A DNA stretch of 63,629 bases, counting the filler, from Candidatus Tectimicrobiota bacterium (GTDB taxonomy: Bacteria > JACPSX01), in NCBI GenBank assembly GCA_016193065.1. It is 7 parts of 7 records of this genome, joined end to end, with 100 filler letters (N's around TTAATTAATTAA, not from the genome) between each part and the next. Parts side by side here need not be neighbours in the genome. Positions count along the whole stretch, not along the records: positions 36,694 to 41,131 come from JACPSX010000079.1; positions 41,232 to 58,528 come from JACPSX010000207.1; 5 more parts are not named here. One strand, given 5' to 3'. Shown one piece after another: positions 39,075 through 49,159 of this stretch (positions are counted from its first letter, which is position 1; each line of letters opens with the position of its first letter). The notes beneath the pieces were generated by a model, which saw only the letters and a list, made by a program, of their open reading frames with translations, had not been told where the DNA came from and made no database searches. The position numbers and the translations under genes were made by a program.

Positions 39075-41131
39075 ATGATCGATCGGGCAGTAGAACTGAT
39101 TACGGCTCAAGAATTCGAGATGGTTACCAGTTCCTGGGACCCAGAAAAGTGGGCCCGTTTCTGCAACACCCTGATCGCCAGCTACGCGGAAGGGTTGAAA
39201 TCAGAAATTGGTGTCCAGGGGCAGATTTATGCCCCCGACGGGGGTATCGATGCCGAGCTAGTTGTACACGAGCCAGATCTTCACGAAGACACCTTCGGCT
39301 TACTGGGACCGGGAAAAACCGTTTATCAGTTCAAGAAACGGGATGTGAGTGGGCGGAATAGGAATGAGATCATTGCTAAGTTCAAGGGAAAAGAAGAGGC
39401 AGAGAAAATCGCCCGTGGTCAAGAAGTCCCGGACAGATACGTGTTTCTCACCAATGTGGAACTGCAACGAAAACAACGCGAGTCACTAAAACATAAAATC
39501 CAATCCGGATTCGGCCCCAAATCTCCCGTGGCTGTTCGGGTTTTTGGAGCCGCTGAATTAACCGCTCTGGTACTGAACCGTCCTCACCTCCAGCAGATCT
39601 TCTTCGCCCGCGGTCCATTCTACTCCTACGAAGAAGCGAGGCAGATGCATATACGGGCTTCCCGAGCCGGGGAAATTCCACCTTTCGTGGGGCGGGAAGA
39701 AATTCTGAAAGAATTAACAGCGGTTCTCCTGGACCCTCAGTGCAGGGTGATCGTGCTCTATGGTCCCCCGGAAGTCGGGAAGAGCCGTCTGTGCCTGGAA
39801 GCGCGAAAGTCTCAAGAATGGCGAGCAAGGAGCGCATGGGCTTCAGATCCCTTTCAGGTTTCCGCCGAAGACTTGCGACGCCTGGAGCCTCCCAAGAATG
39901 TCGTGTTTGTAGTACTCGAAGATCTCGATGAGCAGCGCGCCGAAGAGCTGGCCCGCCATGCCAGCATAAGAGAGCATCTGAAGCTGATCATCACGTCGCG
40001 CCGCCCCGTTTTTGCAAAAGAACCTTTTTGGGTCCGACAGCTAGAAGTGAGTCCCCTAGAAGATCATGAAGCAGCAAGGCTCATTCGGGAGGAATCCGGA
40101 CGCCGCCTCTCAGGATCTTGATGAATCATTAGGTGATCTGAAGACCCGGGTCGGGGAATCGCTTGCGCGCCAGCTAACCTCCAATCTCACGCCCGATGAA
40201 CTGAAGCACCTGCGCATTTTGTCCCTGCTACCCACAGTGGGCGTCGAAGGCAATTACCGAGACGAGCTTGAAGCACTCTGCAAGTCAGCCGGGGTGAGTT
40301 CCGGAGACATGCTGGCGGAGCTTGCCGACTTTGAAAGGGAAGGGCTACTCATACGCAGGGGCTCTTTCGTCGCGGTTATCCCTTCTTTGCTGGCGAACCA
40401 TCTCGCTCTCACGGCTCTCTCGGACAGGCAAGAGGTTCTCGACAATCTCTTTGCAATACTCCCCCCCAGAGGTCGCCTCGCTCTGGCCAGGAGGCTCAGC
40501 GAAATAGGAGGGAAAAAGGTCCAGGCATTTCTTCGAGACATCCTGGGACCCCGGGGCGTCTTCAAGAACGTCTCGGATCTGGAGGCGAATCCAAGACTTC
40601 TGAATGAGCTGAGCCTTGCCGATCCATCAGCCGTCCTCGAATGCTTGACTCGCCTCATCAAGAAAAATCTCGGTCCGGAAGAGAGAAGGGAGCAAATCGC
40701 GAGAGATCTGAGAAGTCACGTCATTTCTGCGCTCGAAGATCTGTTGGGTTTCGAGGCAACGTTTGCCGGAGCTGTAGAACTTCTCTTCCTTTTAGCGCAA
40801 CCATCCCCAGATCCCCGTCTCCCTCGACGAACGATTGGACCGTCTAAACTATCTCGCCACCAATTACCCAAAATCTCATGCGATTCTTGTGCATGCCGTG
40901 GAGGACGCATTTTCCCAATTCATTGTTCGAGTCCGCCAGGGCCAAGCGGGACGCCCGTACGACCGGGAATGGTGGCCACGGCCTGAAGAAATCTCCAGAT
41001 ACGTCGAAGGGATCTTGTTTCTGCTAAAGTCGTTCGCGGAGGAAAACGAGAACTCTGAGACAGCCAGGGAGGCCTGCAACGCAATTGCAGAGATCGTTAA
41101 GGAGATATTCTTTTGGGCCAAGGACAGTGCA
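39075..41131 (+). pseudogene. PD-(D/E)XK nuclease-STAND NTPase protein, split over three frames and truncated by the gap
   Basis: DGGID..QFK nuclease motif, FVGRE, Walker A GPPEVGKS, Walker B VVLED; frame changes near 40115 and 40800. Confidence 0.7.
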
Positions 41132-41231
41132 NNNNNNNNNNNNNNNNNNNNNNNNNNNNNNNNNNNNNNNNNNNNTTAATTAATTAANNNNNNNNNNNNN
41201 NNNNNNNNNNNNNNNNNNNNNNNNNNNNNNN
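41132..41231. other. Artificial contig linker
   Basis: N run + TTAATTAATTAA + N run. Confidence 0.99.
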
Positions 41232-41253
41232 ACTCACCTCTTTGGGACGGTTT

Positions 41254-42412
41254 TCAAATGACACCCGCTTGCTTGAGAATCGTCAGATCCTCGTGTCTGA
41301 GACCGAGCTCCCCTCCATAGATCTCAAGATTGTGCTCTCCGATCCGCGGTGCCCTGCAGCGGGGAGTGAAACTGCCCTGCGTGAAAAGGGCCGCCGGCCC
41401 CGGATAAGTGATCTCGCGTCCCAGCTCGGGATGAGGGAGCGTCACCCAAAAGTTCCTGGCCGCCAGTTGGGGATCGTTGAAGATGTCCTCCGGGGTCTGG
41501 ACCGGGTAGCCGAGCATGCTCCGTTCTATGACGCCCGCGAAGTATTCCGCTTTGGTCAAGGTCTTAAGAAACTCTCCGGCAGGCTTCTCGATGGCGTCGA
41601 TCTGTTCCTGGGTCGCGGTCGCGATGTCGAACTTGTCCCAATCAATCTCCTTTAGGTGAGCGGGGGCCATCCCCTTGCTGTCCATCCATTTCACCATCTC
41701 CCGGTTCGTCTTGCCGGTGAGGGTCGTCCCGGTTCAGGTCCCAGCAGGCCGGCGCGTGCGCCAGTGAGGAGAGGGTGCTCGCCTGGGCGGAAACATCCAC
41801 GTGCTGGCCTTCGCCGCTCAGCTCGCGCTCATAGTGAGCCATCAGGGTCCCCGCTGCCGCGTGCATCCCGGTCCACATGGGCGATTGGGGCAGAGAAATC
41901 CTCAGGGGCGGTCCATTTCTTTCCCCCGACAACGACATGGCACCCGATGTGGCCATGATTTCGATGTCGTGAGCTTTATAACCGCTATAGGGTCCGGACT
42001 GGCCAAAAGGGGTAATGGAGGTAAGGACGAGCCGGGGGGTTTCCTGCTTCAGGACCTCATAGCCGAGGCCCCAGCCTGCCAGCGTCCCCGGAGGGAAAGA
42101 TTCAAGGACGAAATCCGCTTTTCTGACCAGTCGCTTGAAAAGTTCCTGACCCGTTTTCTCAGTGATATTGAGCGTAATCCCCCGCTTGCTCGTATTGTAC
42201 GCAAACCAGTAGAGGCTCTTTTCCGGATCGAGCACGCCGTCCACGAACGGCCCGATGCTCCGGGAAGGATCACCGCCGGGGGGCTCCACCTTGATCACAT
42301 CGGCCCCCATATCCCCCAGAATCTTTCCGCACAGAAAACCCAGGTCATCGGTGAGATCAAGAACCCGATAAGGAGCTAAGATCCCCTCGGGCTGGTTCGG
42401 AACCTTATCCAT
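41254..42412 (-). pseudogene. Class III CoA-transferase (CaiB/BaiF), frameshifted near 41725
   Basis: N-part RVLDL, GADVIKVEPPGGD, GEGQHVDVS; C-part DPQL..R, AP.IGEHN in another frame. Confidence 0.8.
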
Positions 42413-42469
42413 CTCCTGGCTCTCCTCTGCCAGAATCCTTCCTGCCTGCGGCCGGAATGCCGGCACAAG

Positions 42470-42500
42470 AAAGAGGCAGGGCCCTCTCCCTGCCTCTTTT
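42470..42500. terminator. Intrinsic terminator-like hairpin after the UbiD gene
   Basis: AAAGAGGCAGGG-loop-CCCTGCCTCTTT with T-rich tails in both directions. Confidence 0.7.
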
Positions 42501-42521
42501 CTTATCTGCTCTGAAATTCCA

Positions 42522-44075
42522 CTAGAATCCCGTCTTGGCCAGATACTTGCTGTATTCGGTCATCCCCTCTTTGGCCTTTTCAATCTGCTGCTTGCTGAAC
42601 CACTTGTTCAGATCCACCGCATCGATGGGGTACGGGGGCCTCTCAAAAGCATCCCTGTACTGGAACGGGACGGTGGCGTCGACAGCCATCCCGCCAGCGA
42701 AGCGGATGTTTGTCTGTGTCCAATCCCGGTCTCCCGCCGAGCTTCTCTCCGCGGGCTGGAAGGTCTGGCCAAATCCGCCCTGGCAAACCGCCTGGATGCT
42801 GAAAGGAGTCGTGCGCGTCACCAGAGCCCACATGACGTCCTCCACGTTGTAAATATCGATGTCCGTATCGACCGCAATGGTCATCCTCATTCCTAAGGAA
42901 GAGGAGAGAGCCGCGGAGAGAATGTTGCGCTGCAAGCCTTCGTCTCGCTGGCGCCTCTTCTTGATTTGGAAAATCGCTCCACCCCAATCGGTCATGGCCA
43001 TAGGAATGTGGATATCCACACAGAGACCGGGGCTGATCCGGTCCGCAAGCTCCAAAAAGCAGGCTTCCCGCATCATCACATCGATGTAATGGTCGTCAAA
43101 CCCGTGGACGATGAGCGGGTAATAGATCGGCTTCTCGGCCCTGTGAGTGATGGCAGTGACGACGAACTTATAGGTCCGGTAGGCCTTCCCCATATAGCCG
43201 GCCCACTCGGGATGGAACGGGAAGACCCCCTGCTTGCCGGTCCTTTCGGCCTCCTCGCTCTCCCAGACTTTCTGGGTCGTATCCAGATACCCCTCGATGA
43301 CATACTCGGCCTGGGCAATCGAATAGGCATCCACGGTGCGAGCCTTGACAATCTCAATCGGAGAGCCCTGCATGGCTCCCGCCACACCCAGCTCATCCGA
43401 GCCCTTGTGCAGGATCATATAGAGGAACCCCGCTCCGGCCATCAAGGTGCAGGCAGGCGGAACCCCCATATTGATCGTCATGGGGATCGGCTCTTTGCGG
43501 TACCACTCGGTGGCGATCATATCCGTGTGGGAACCCGGAGAGATCTGGAAGCTGGAGAAATTGGGACCGCGGAAGTGCATGCGGTTGTAGCTGATGTGTG
43601 TCCCGCCCCAGAAGTATTTCCCCGTGACCAGGGTATTTCCCCCGCCCAGTGTGCGCCCGGGATCCTTCCTCGTGTGGGAGATCATCGGGATCACCTTCCA
43701 GGCATCTATATCCTTGTCGATGACCACTTCCTGGCAGGGGGCATCCTTGACCACTTTGGGAGGCAACGGGTGCCGCAAGGCCTCGACGCACTTGAACTTG
43801 AATTTCCTGGGATCCTCGACTCCGAATAGGCGGGACACCCGTTCTTCGTTGGCAAACAAGTTGGTGAACAAGCGGCCGTTCGGGTAACCTTTTACCTTTT
43901 GGAACAGAAGGGATTTTCCTCCGTCCAGATGCTTTTGAATCGCAGCCATCTCCAGGGCAGGATCAATCTCTACTTCCGTCTCTATCAGCTCGCCCGCATC
44001 CCGCAAATATTCAATGGTGCTCCGTAGCGAAGTGAAATCTTTCACCGCTACTGCGGTTCCGCCGTCTTTTGCCAT
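42522..44075 (-). CDS. UbiD-family (prFMN-dependent) decarboxylase/carboxylase
   Basis: DELGVAGA.QG, AEYVIEG, PEWAGY, IAVDTDIDI, DAT.P. Confidence 0.88.
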   Translation of the reverse strand: MAKDGGTAVAVKDFTSLRSTIEYLRDAGELIETEVEIDPALEMAAIQKHLDGGKSLLFQKVKGYPNGRLFTNLFANEERVSRLFGVEDPRKFKFKCVEALRHPLPPKVVKDAPCQEVVIDKDIDAWKVIPMISHTRKDPGRTLGGGNTLVTGKYFWGGTHISYNRMHFRGPNFSSFQISPGSHTDMIATEWYRKEPIPMTINMGVPPACTLMAGAGFLYMILHKGSDELGVAGAMQGSPIEIVKARTVDAYSIAQAEYVIEGYLDTTQKVWESEEAERTGKQGVFPFHPEWAGYMGKAYRTYKFVVTAITHRAEKPIYYPLIVHGFDDHYIDVMMREACFLELADRISPGLCVDIHIPMAMTDWGGAIFQIKKRRQRDEGLQRNILSAALSSSLGMRMTIAVDTDIDIYNVEDVMWALVTRTTPFSIQAVCQGGFGQTFQPAERSSAGDRDWTQTNIRFAGGMAVDATVPFQYRDAFERPPYPIDAVDLNKWFSKQQIEKAKEGMTEYSKYLAKTGF

Positions 44076-44331
44076 GTGATTCTCCTCCTTTAGGAAATCC
44101 CAATCCGGATATAACACAGCCAGGGGACTCACGCAAAACCCGACCCCCCCGGGAAATTGTGCGCTTGGAACCGGGTTTGATGTTCGCAGGCTGAGTTCGG
44201 ATTGCGGTAGTTTAGTCTACTTCTACTCCCTAACCCAGCGGAAGATCCCTGGCCTGAAGGTATTTGCCGAGCGACTTTAACACGCAGCCCGACCCCCCTG
44301 TCAAGCGCAAAAATTCACTCGCACGGACGAC

Positions 44332-44679
44332 TCACTCTTCGTCATCGTAAACTTCTTCTTCCTCCGGAAGAGGGCCCTCCAGATCTTCAATTGTTGCGCC
44401 TCCAAGATCTTCTTCGAGAAATTCCCCCTCCGCAAGGTCCGCTTCTTCTTCATATCCAATCTCATCGCCGGGAGGCGGGAGGACATCCAGTTCCTCTTCC
44501 TCGATCTCAACAGGTCTGCGGGCGCTGCGCGCGGCCGCCGCCTTCAATTCGTCATGGCGGGCCGACTTCTGGTTCGCGTTGCAGCGCGGGCAGACCGGTT
44601 CCGGGCGGCCGAGATCGTAAAACTTGCAGGCGCATTTAAAGCAGGTGTGTTTCTTGCCAAGTACCGGCTCTTTTGCCAT
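44332..44679 (-). CDS. FYDLN acid domain protein (TIGR02300-like)
   Basis: LGKKHTC..C..KFYDL....VCPRC plus acidic tail. Confidence 0.9.
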   Translation of the reverse strand: MAKEPVLGKKHTCFKCACKFYDLGRPEPVCPRCNANQKSARHDELKAAAARSARRPVEIEEEELDVLPPPGDEIGYEEEADLAEGEFLEEDLGGATIEDLEGPLPEEEEVYDDEE

Positions 44680-44814
44680 TCTTCCCAAACCTCACTGCTG
44701 GCATCCCAGCAAAAATGCAAGTCACTTTTAGAGACCCTTTTCAAAAATGTCAACAGCTTTTTATAAACAATCTCTCAAAGGGTTACCCGCTGTCCGGCAG
44801 GGTCCTGGGGGAAT

Positions 44815-46434
44815 TTACGGGGCCCCGCCTGATCCGCACCCACTTCGTGGGTACCCGCGCTTTGCGGGTGTCCCGTAGCCGCCCCCTCCCGGGGTAGAAA
44901 TCGAGATTCGATCTCCCCTGGCGGTGCAAAAGGTCACTTTGCCGGGCAGGGGCTCCACTCTTCCTTCCCGGGTGAGAAGATTCTCCCCGGGTTTCCCGGG
45001 ATACCCCCCCTGAAGTCCATAGGGGGCAAACTTCCTGCGTTCCGAGAGAATGGACACTGTGGCCGGCGTCAAACACTCTATTTCCCGGATGATTCCGTCC
45101 CCGCCTCTCCGGCTCCCGGCCCCTCCGGACCCCCTCCGTAATCCGTACCGGAGCACCCGCAAGGGAAACGACAATTCCAAGGCTTCCACCGGAGTATTCA
45201 TGGTATTCGTCATATGGGTGTGAACCCCATCCAGCCCGTCTCGATCCGGGCGGGCCCCCATTCCCCCAGCGATGGTCTCATAGTAGGTAAAAGGCTCTCC
45301 TGTCTGCGGGTCCACCCCTCCCACGACCAGGCTGCTCATGCTTCCGCAACTGGCGGCCGGTATGCGCTCCGCTATAGCCTGGGCCAGAGCCCCCAAAAGA
45401 ACATCCACAATCCGCTGGGAAGTTTCGGTATTACCGGCTCCCACGGCAGCCGGGTAGACCGCGTTGACGACCGACCCCCGGGGAGCCCGGATTTCGATCG
45501 GAGACAGGACACCTGAGTTACTCGGTAGACGTGGATCACTTAATGAACGAAAGACGTAGAAAACTGCTGCCACCGTGACCGCCAATACCGCATTGACCGG
45601 CCCCTGACACTGGGGATCAGAGCCCGTGAAATCGACCGCGGCCTTCTCACCAGCAATGGTGATCTGGACGGCGATTCGAACGGGCTCCTCGGAAATCCCG
45701 TCATCGTCCAAATAATCAGTAAAGGAGTAAACCCCGTCCGGAATCTCCCGGATCATGGCCCGGGTCATCCGTCCCGAATACTCGAGCAGAGAAACCATCG
45801 CCTCGCAGGTCAGCTCGACCCCTTCTTTACGGAGGAGTTCCGACAGCCGGCGTTGCCCGGTGTAATTCGCGGCCACCTGCGCCATCAAATCCCCCCGGCG
45901 CTCCTCCGGAGTCCGCACGTTGGCCAGGATCAGGCGCAGGAGATGCTCATCGACCTCCCCTGCGCGGCAGATCCGCAGGGGGGGCAACCGCAGCCCTTCC
46001 TGAAAGATTTCCCGGGCTGTGGACAGCGATCCGGGAGCCATGCCTCCCACATCAGCGTGATGGGCCCGGTTCGCGACAAACCCGACCAGCCGGTCTGCGG
46101 CGGCCGAAAAGACCGGAGCCACCAGGGTTAGATCGGGGAGATGGGTGCCGCCGCGGTACGGATCGTTGAGCAGGACCATGTCCCCTGGTTCCCACGCGGG
46201 CATGGACTCCAGCGCGCTTTGTACGGACATCGGCATAGAACCCAGGTGCACGGGGAGATGGGAGGCCTGCTCCACCATGCGCCCCTGGGAGTCGAACAGG
46301 GCGCAAGAATAATCCCGCCGCTCCTTTATATTCGGGGAAAACGCGCTGCGGCACAGGGCTACCCCCATCTCCTCAGCAATAGCGCTGAAGCGGTGCCGAA
46401 AAATTTCCAGCCTGACGGGATCCATTCTCTCCAA
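44815..46434 (-). CDS. Hydantoinase B / 5-oxoprolinase family subunit
   Basis: SPNIKERRDYSCA, NDPYRGGTHLPD, HHADVGG, NTPVEALE, TPGGGGYG. Confidence 0.93.
   Translation of the reverse strand: MERMDPVRLEIFRHRFSAIAEEMGVALCRSAFSPNIKERRDYSCALFDSQGRMVEQASHLPVHLGSMPMSVQSALESMPAWEPGDMVLLNDPYRGGTHLPDLTLVAPVFSAAADRLVGFVANRAHHADVGGMAPGSLSTAREIFQEGLRLPPLRICRAGEVDEHLLRLILANVRTPEERRGDLMAQVAANYTGQRRLSELLRKEGVELTCEAMVSLLEYSGRMTRAMIREIPDGVYSFTDYLDDDGISEEPVRIAVQITIAGEKAAVDFTGSDPQCQGPVNAVLAVTVAAVFYVFRSLSDPRLPSNSGVLSPIEIRAPRGSVVNAVYPAAVGAGNTETSQRIVDVLLGALAQAIAERIPAASCGSMSSLVVGGVDPQTGEPFTYYETIAGGMGARPDRDGLDGVHTHMTNTMNTPVEALELSFPLRVLRYGLRRGSGGAGSRRGGDGIIREIECLTPATVSILSERRKFAPYGLQGGYPGKPGENLLTREGRVEPLPGKVTFCTARGDRISISTPGGGGYGTPAKRGYPRSGCGSGGAP
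44835..44870. mobile_element. Nested double micro-element in the hydantoinase B 3' end
   Basis: CG[CACCCACTTCGTGGGTACCCG]CGCTTTGCGGGTG. Confidence 0.85.
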
Positions 46435-46446
46435 ACCCGCGCCTAT

Positions 46447-48420
46447 CTATAAACTCACCACGAGGTTGCCGTACTCGTCCACACAGGCCGAGAACCCGGG
46501 CGGGAGAAAAGTCGTGGCGCTAAACTCCACCACCAGAGCAGGACCCGAGATCTCATGGCCCCATCTGAGTTTGTCCCGATCGAAGACCGCAGCCATAAAT
46601 CGCTCCCCGCCGTAAACCAGATCCTGGCTGCAGGCGAGGGCCGAAGAGGAATCCGTTTCGCACCGTTCTCCCTTTGGCCAAACGGGCCTCGGAACCGTTC
46701 CAGAGGCCCTCACCCTCAGGTTCACCACCTCCACCGGACGCCGGGGATCCGAGTGCCCGTACGCCTGCCGGTGGGCCTGGTGGAAGTCGGCAAGGACTGT
46801 CGGGCCAAAGGGCAGCATCAGCTCATAGGACTGCCCGGCATAGCGCAGATCCACAAAACATTCAAGGAGCCTGTTCTCAAAGGGGATTTCCTCCTCTGCC
46901 AGCTCCCGGTCCCCTTTTTCCAACAAGGGAGAAAACAGGCCGCCAATTTCCTCCAGGTCCCCCTCGCTTAGGGGCCTTAGAACCGAGAGCGAAGTGTCCC
47001 GGACCACGTCCGCCATGAGCATGCCCAGTGCAGAGAGAACTCCCGGGTACTTGGGGATCAAAACCCGCGGAATCGCCAGAAACCGGGCCAGCTCGCAGGC
47101 GTGCAGGCCCCCCGCTCCTCCAAAGCTCACCAGGGTAAACTCCTTGGGATCGTGCCCTTTCTCCACCGACCCGACCCGTATGGCACGCTCCATGGTGGCA
47201 TTGGCGACCGCCAGGACCCCCTCGGCTGCCTGTAAAGGGGTCATGTGCAGCGCCTGAGCCAGCTCTTCAAATGGGGCTTCGAGGCGGGCCGGATACAAGG
47301 GGAACTGTCCGCCCAGCAAAGAATGACGAAACAGCCGGCCCAACAGGAGATGGGCATCGGTCACCGTAAGACGGCAGCCGCGGCCATAACACACCGGCCC
47401 TGGATCAGCGCCTGCGCTTTCCGGCCCCACCGCCAGGCCGCCTGCCCGATCGACCCGCGCGATGGATCCACCTCCGGCCCCGACGCTGTGGATGGCGAGC
47501 ATTGGCATGCGGACCGGATATCCGGCGATTTCCGCCTCGCTCGTGAAGGGAGCCTTTCCGGGACACAGTGAGACATCCGTGGAGGTGCCCCCCATATCAA
47601 AGGAAATGATCCGGTCAAATCCGGCCCTCCGGGCCACGGCCAGGGCTCCCACTACCCCGCCCGCCGGTCCCGAAAGCAGAGTATGAACTGGAGCTCTTTG
47701 CGCCGCCGCAAGGGACATGGAGCCCCCATTGGACTGCATGACCCGCAGACGACCGGGGGCGATCCCGTCCTCCAGGCGATCCAGGTAGCGGGCCATGACC
47801 GGCATCACGTATGCGTTCATGACCGTGGTCGAGCAACGCTCGTACTCCCGGTATTCGGGGACGACCTCGCTGGACGGGGAGCACGGGAAGCCTGCACCCC
47901 TCAGGAGTACAGCCACCCGGTTCTCATGCTCCGGGCGAAGGAAGGAAAAGAGCAAGCAGATCGCCACCGATTCCACCCCCTGCCGCCGCAGTTCTTCCAC
48001 CAGATTCTGGACCTCCCGCGGATCCAACGGGGACAGAATTTCTCCCCGGGCCGAGACCCGTTCCCGGACCCCGAACCGGCGGCTGGCGGGCACCAAAACA
48101 GGACGCCGTTCCACGGAAAAGTTGTAGATTTCGCGCCGGATCTGGCGGCCAATCTCAAGCACGTCCTCGAAGCCGGCCGTCGTGATCAGTGCCGTACGTG
48201 CCCCTTTTCCTTCCAGCACTGCATTGGTGGCCACCGTAGAACCATGGACCCCGGACCAGGGAAGTTCTCCAACACATTTCCGGATCCCCTGCCCAATTGC
48301 CTCCTCGGGAGCCGACGGAGTCGAGGGAACTTTATGGATCCTCACGCTCCCGTCCGGGGCCAGGAAGACAAAGTCCGTAAAGGTCCCTCCCGTGTCAATC
48401 CCCGCCAGCAATCGTTCCAT
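46447..48420 (-). CDS. Hydantoinase A / 5-oxoprolinase family subunit
   Basis: DTGGTFTD, HGSTVATNA, SGPAGG, DMGGTSTD, GAGGGSIA. Confidence 0.93.
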   Translation of the reverse strand: MERLLAGIDTGGTFTDFVFLAPDGSVRIHKVPSTPSAPEEAIGQGIRKCVGELPWSGVHGSTVATNAVLEGKGARTALITTAGFEDVLEIGRQIRREIYNFSVERRPVLVPASRRFGVRERVSARGEILSPLDPREVQNLVEELRRQGVESVAICLLFSFLRPEHENRVAVLLRGAGFPCSPSSEVVPEYREYERCSTTVMNAYVMPVMARYLDRLEDGIAPGRLRVMQSNGGSMSLAAAQRAPVHTLLSGPAGGVVGALAVARRAGFDRIISFDMGGTSTDVSLCPGKAPFTSEAEIAGYPVRMPMLAIHSVGAGGGSIARVDRAGGLAVGPESAGADPGPVCYGRGCRLTVTDAHLLLGRLFRHSLLGGQFPLYPARLEAPFEELAQALHMTPLQAAEGVLAVANATMERAIRVGSVEKGHDPKEFTLVSFGGAGGLHACELARFLAIPRVLIPKYPGVLSALGMLMADVVRDTSLSVLRPLSEGDLEEIGGLFSPLLEKGDRELAEEEIPFENRLLECFVDLRYAGQSYELMLPFGPTVLADFHQAHRQAYGHSDPRRPVEVVNLRVRASGTVPRPVWPKGERCETDSSSALACSQDLVYGGERFMAAVFDRDKLRWGHEISGPALVVEFSATTFLPPGFSACVDEYGNLVVSL

Positions 48421-48497
48421 TGCGCTCTCCTGCTTGACCGAATCCTCGCACGGTATCTTAGGATCTGACCGCGCAAAGTCAAGCCGGGCTTAAAAGA

Positions 48498-48580
48498 GCG
48501 TTCAGTAATCAGCTACCAGCTGTCAGCCCGGGAAATTCAAGGCCTCCCAACCTCCTCCGGGTGTCAAGCTGATAGCTGAG
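48498..48580. repeat. Heptamer (TCAGCNN / GCTGANN) short tandem repeats
   Basis: TTCAGTAATCAGCTACCAGCTGTCAGC...GCTGATAGCTGA; similar tracts at about 49033-49060 and 58420-58450. Confidence 0.65.
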
Positions 48581-48725
48581 TCCGCCCACCCCCAGTTTGC
48601 CTAAGAATGAAGAATTGCTACCCCCATGAACTCCTCGGGGTGCCCCCTTGGGCTCACGAAGCGCTTGCGATGAGACATTTGCCGGCTGAATCGAGAGAGG
48701 TGTTCGCCTCGCAACCGCTTAGATC

Positions 48726-49000
48726 GCCTGCGGGGGCAACCCCTCGGAGGAGAGAGCACCAAGGGGACTGTCCTTCCTGCCCTGAGCGCAACTGCCGGGA
48801 GCAGCGCAACACCCGCAAAGCGGGTACCCGCACCGGGAGCGGCCAGGGATGGGAAACCGCGCAGCTAGACTTGCTGGCAGATAGCTGAAAACTTATCGTG
48901 GCGGTAGCGGAGGGCTCCGGGTACCCGTCCTGGGTGTGGGCGCCCCGAGAAGGGTCGCTGCGGGAGGCGTGGAGCGAAGGGCAGGAAAACAGTCCCTTTG
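48726..49000 (+). repeat. Structured intergenic element copy 2 (candidate ncRNA or MITE)
   Basis: Homologous to 1149-1411; closing stem 48760-48783/48978-49000; micro-elements at 48810-48830 and 48918-48936. Confidence 0.8.
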
Positions 49001-49082
49001 CTATGGATTCGCCAAAACTGGGGGTGGGCAAGGATAGCTGACCGCTGAAAGCTGAATGCTCTCTTCAATGACCGCTCTCCTC

Positions 49083-49111
49083 TTGACAGAACTAATGGTT
49101 CCCGTTATCGT
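49083..49111 (+). promoter_or_regulatory. Candidate sigma70 promoter for ispH
   Basis: TTGACA-17 nt-TATCGT. Confidence 0.55.
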
Positions 49112-49159
49112 AGAGAAGATTGATCGATGATTTCCATCCGTGAGAGGGGGAAACTCCTG

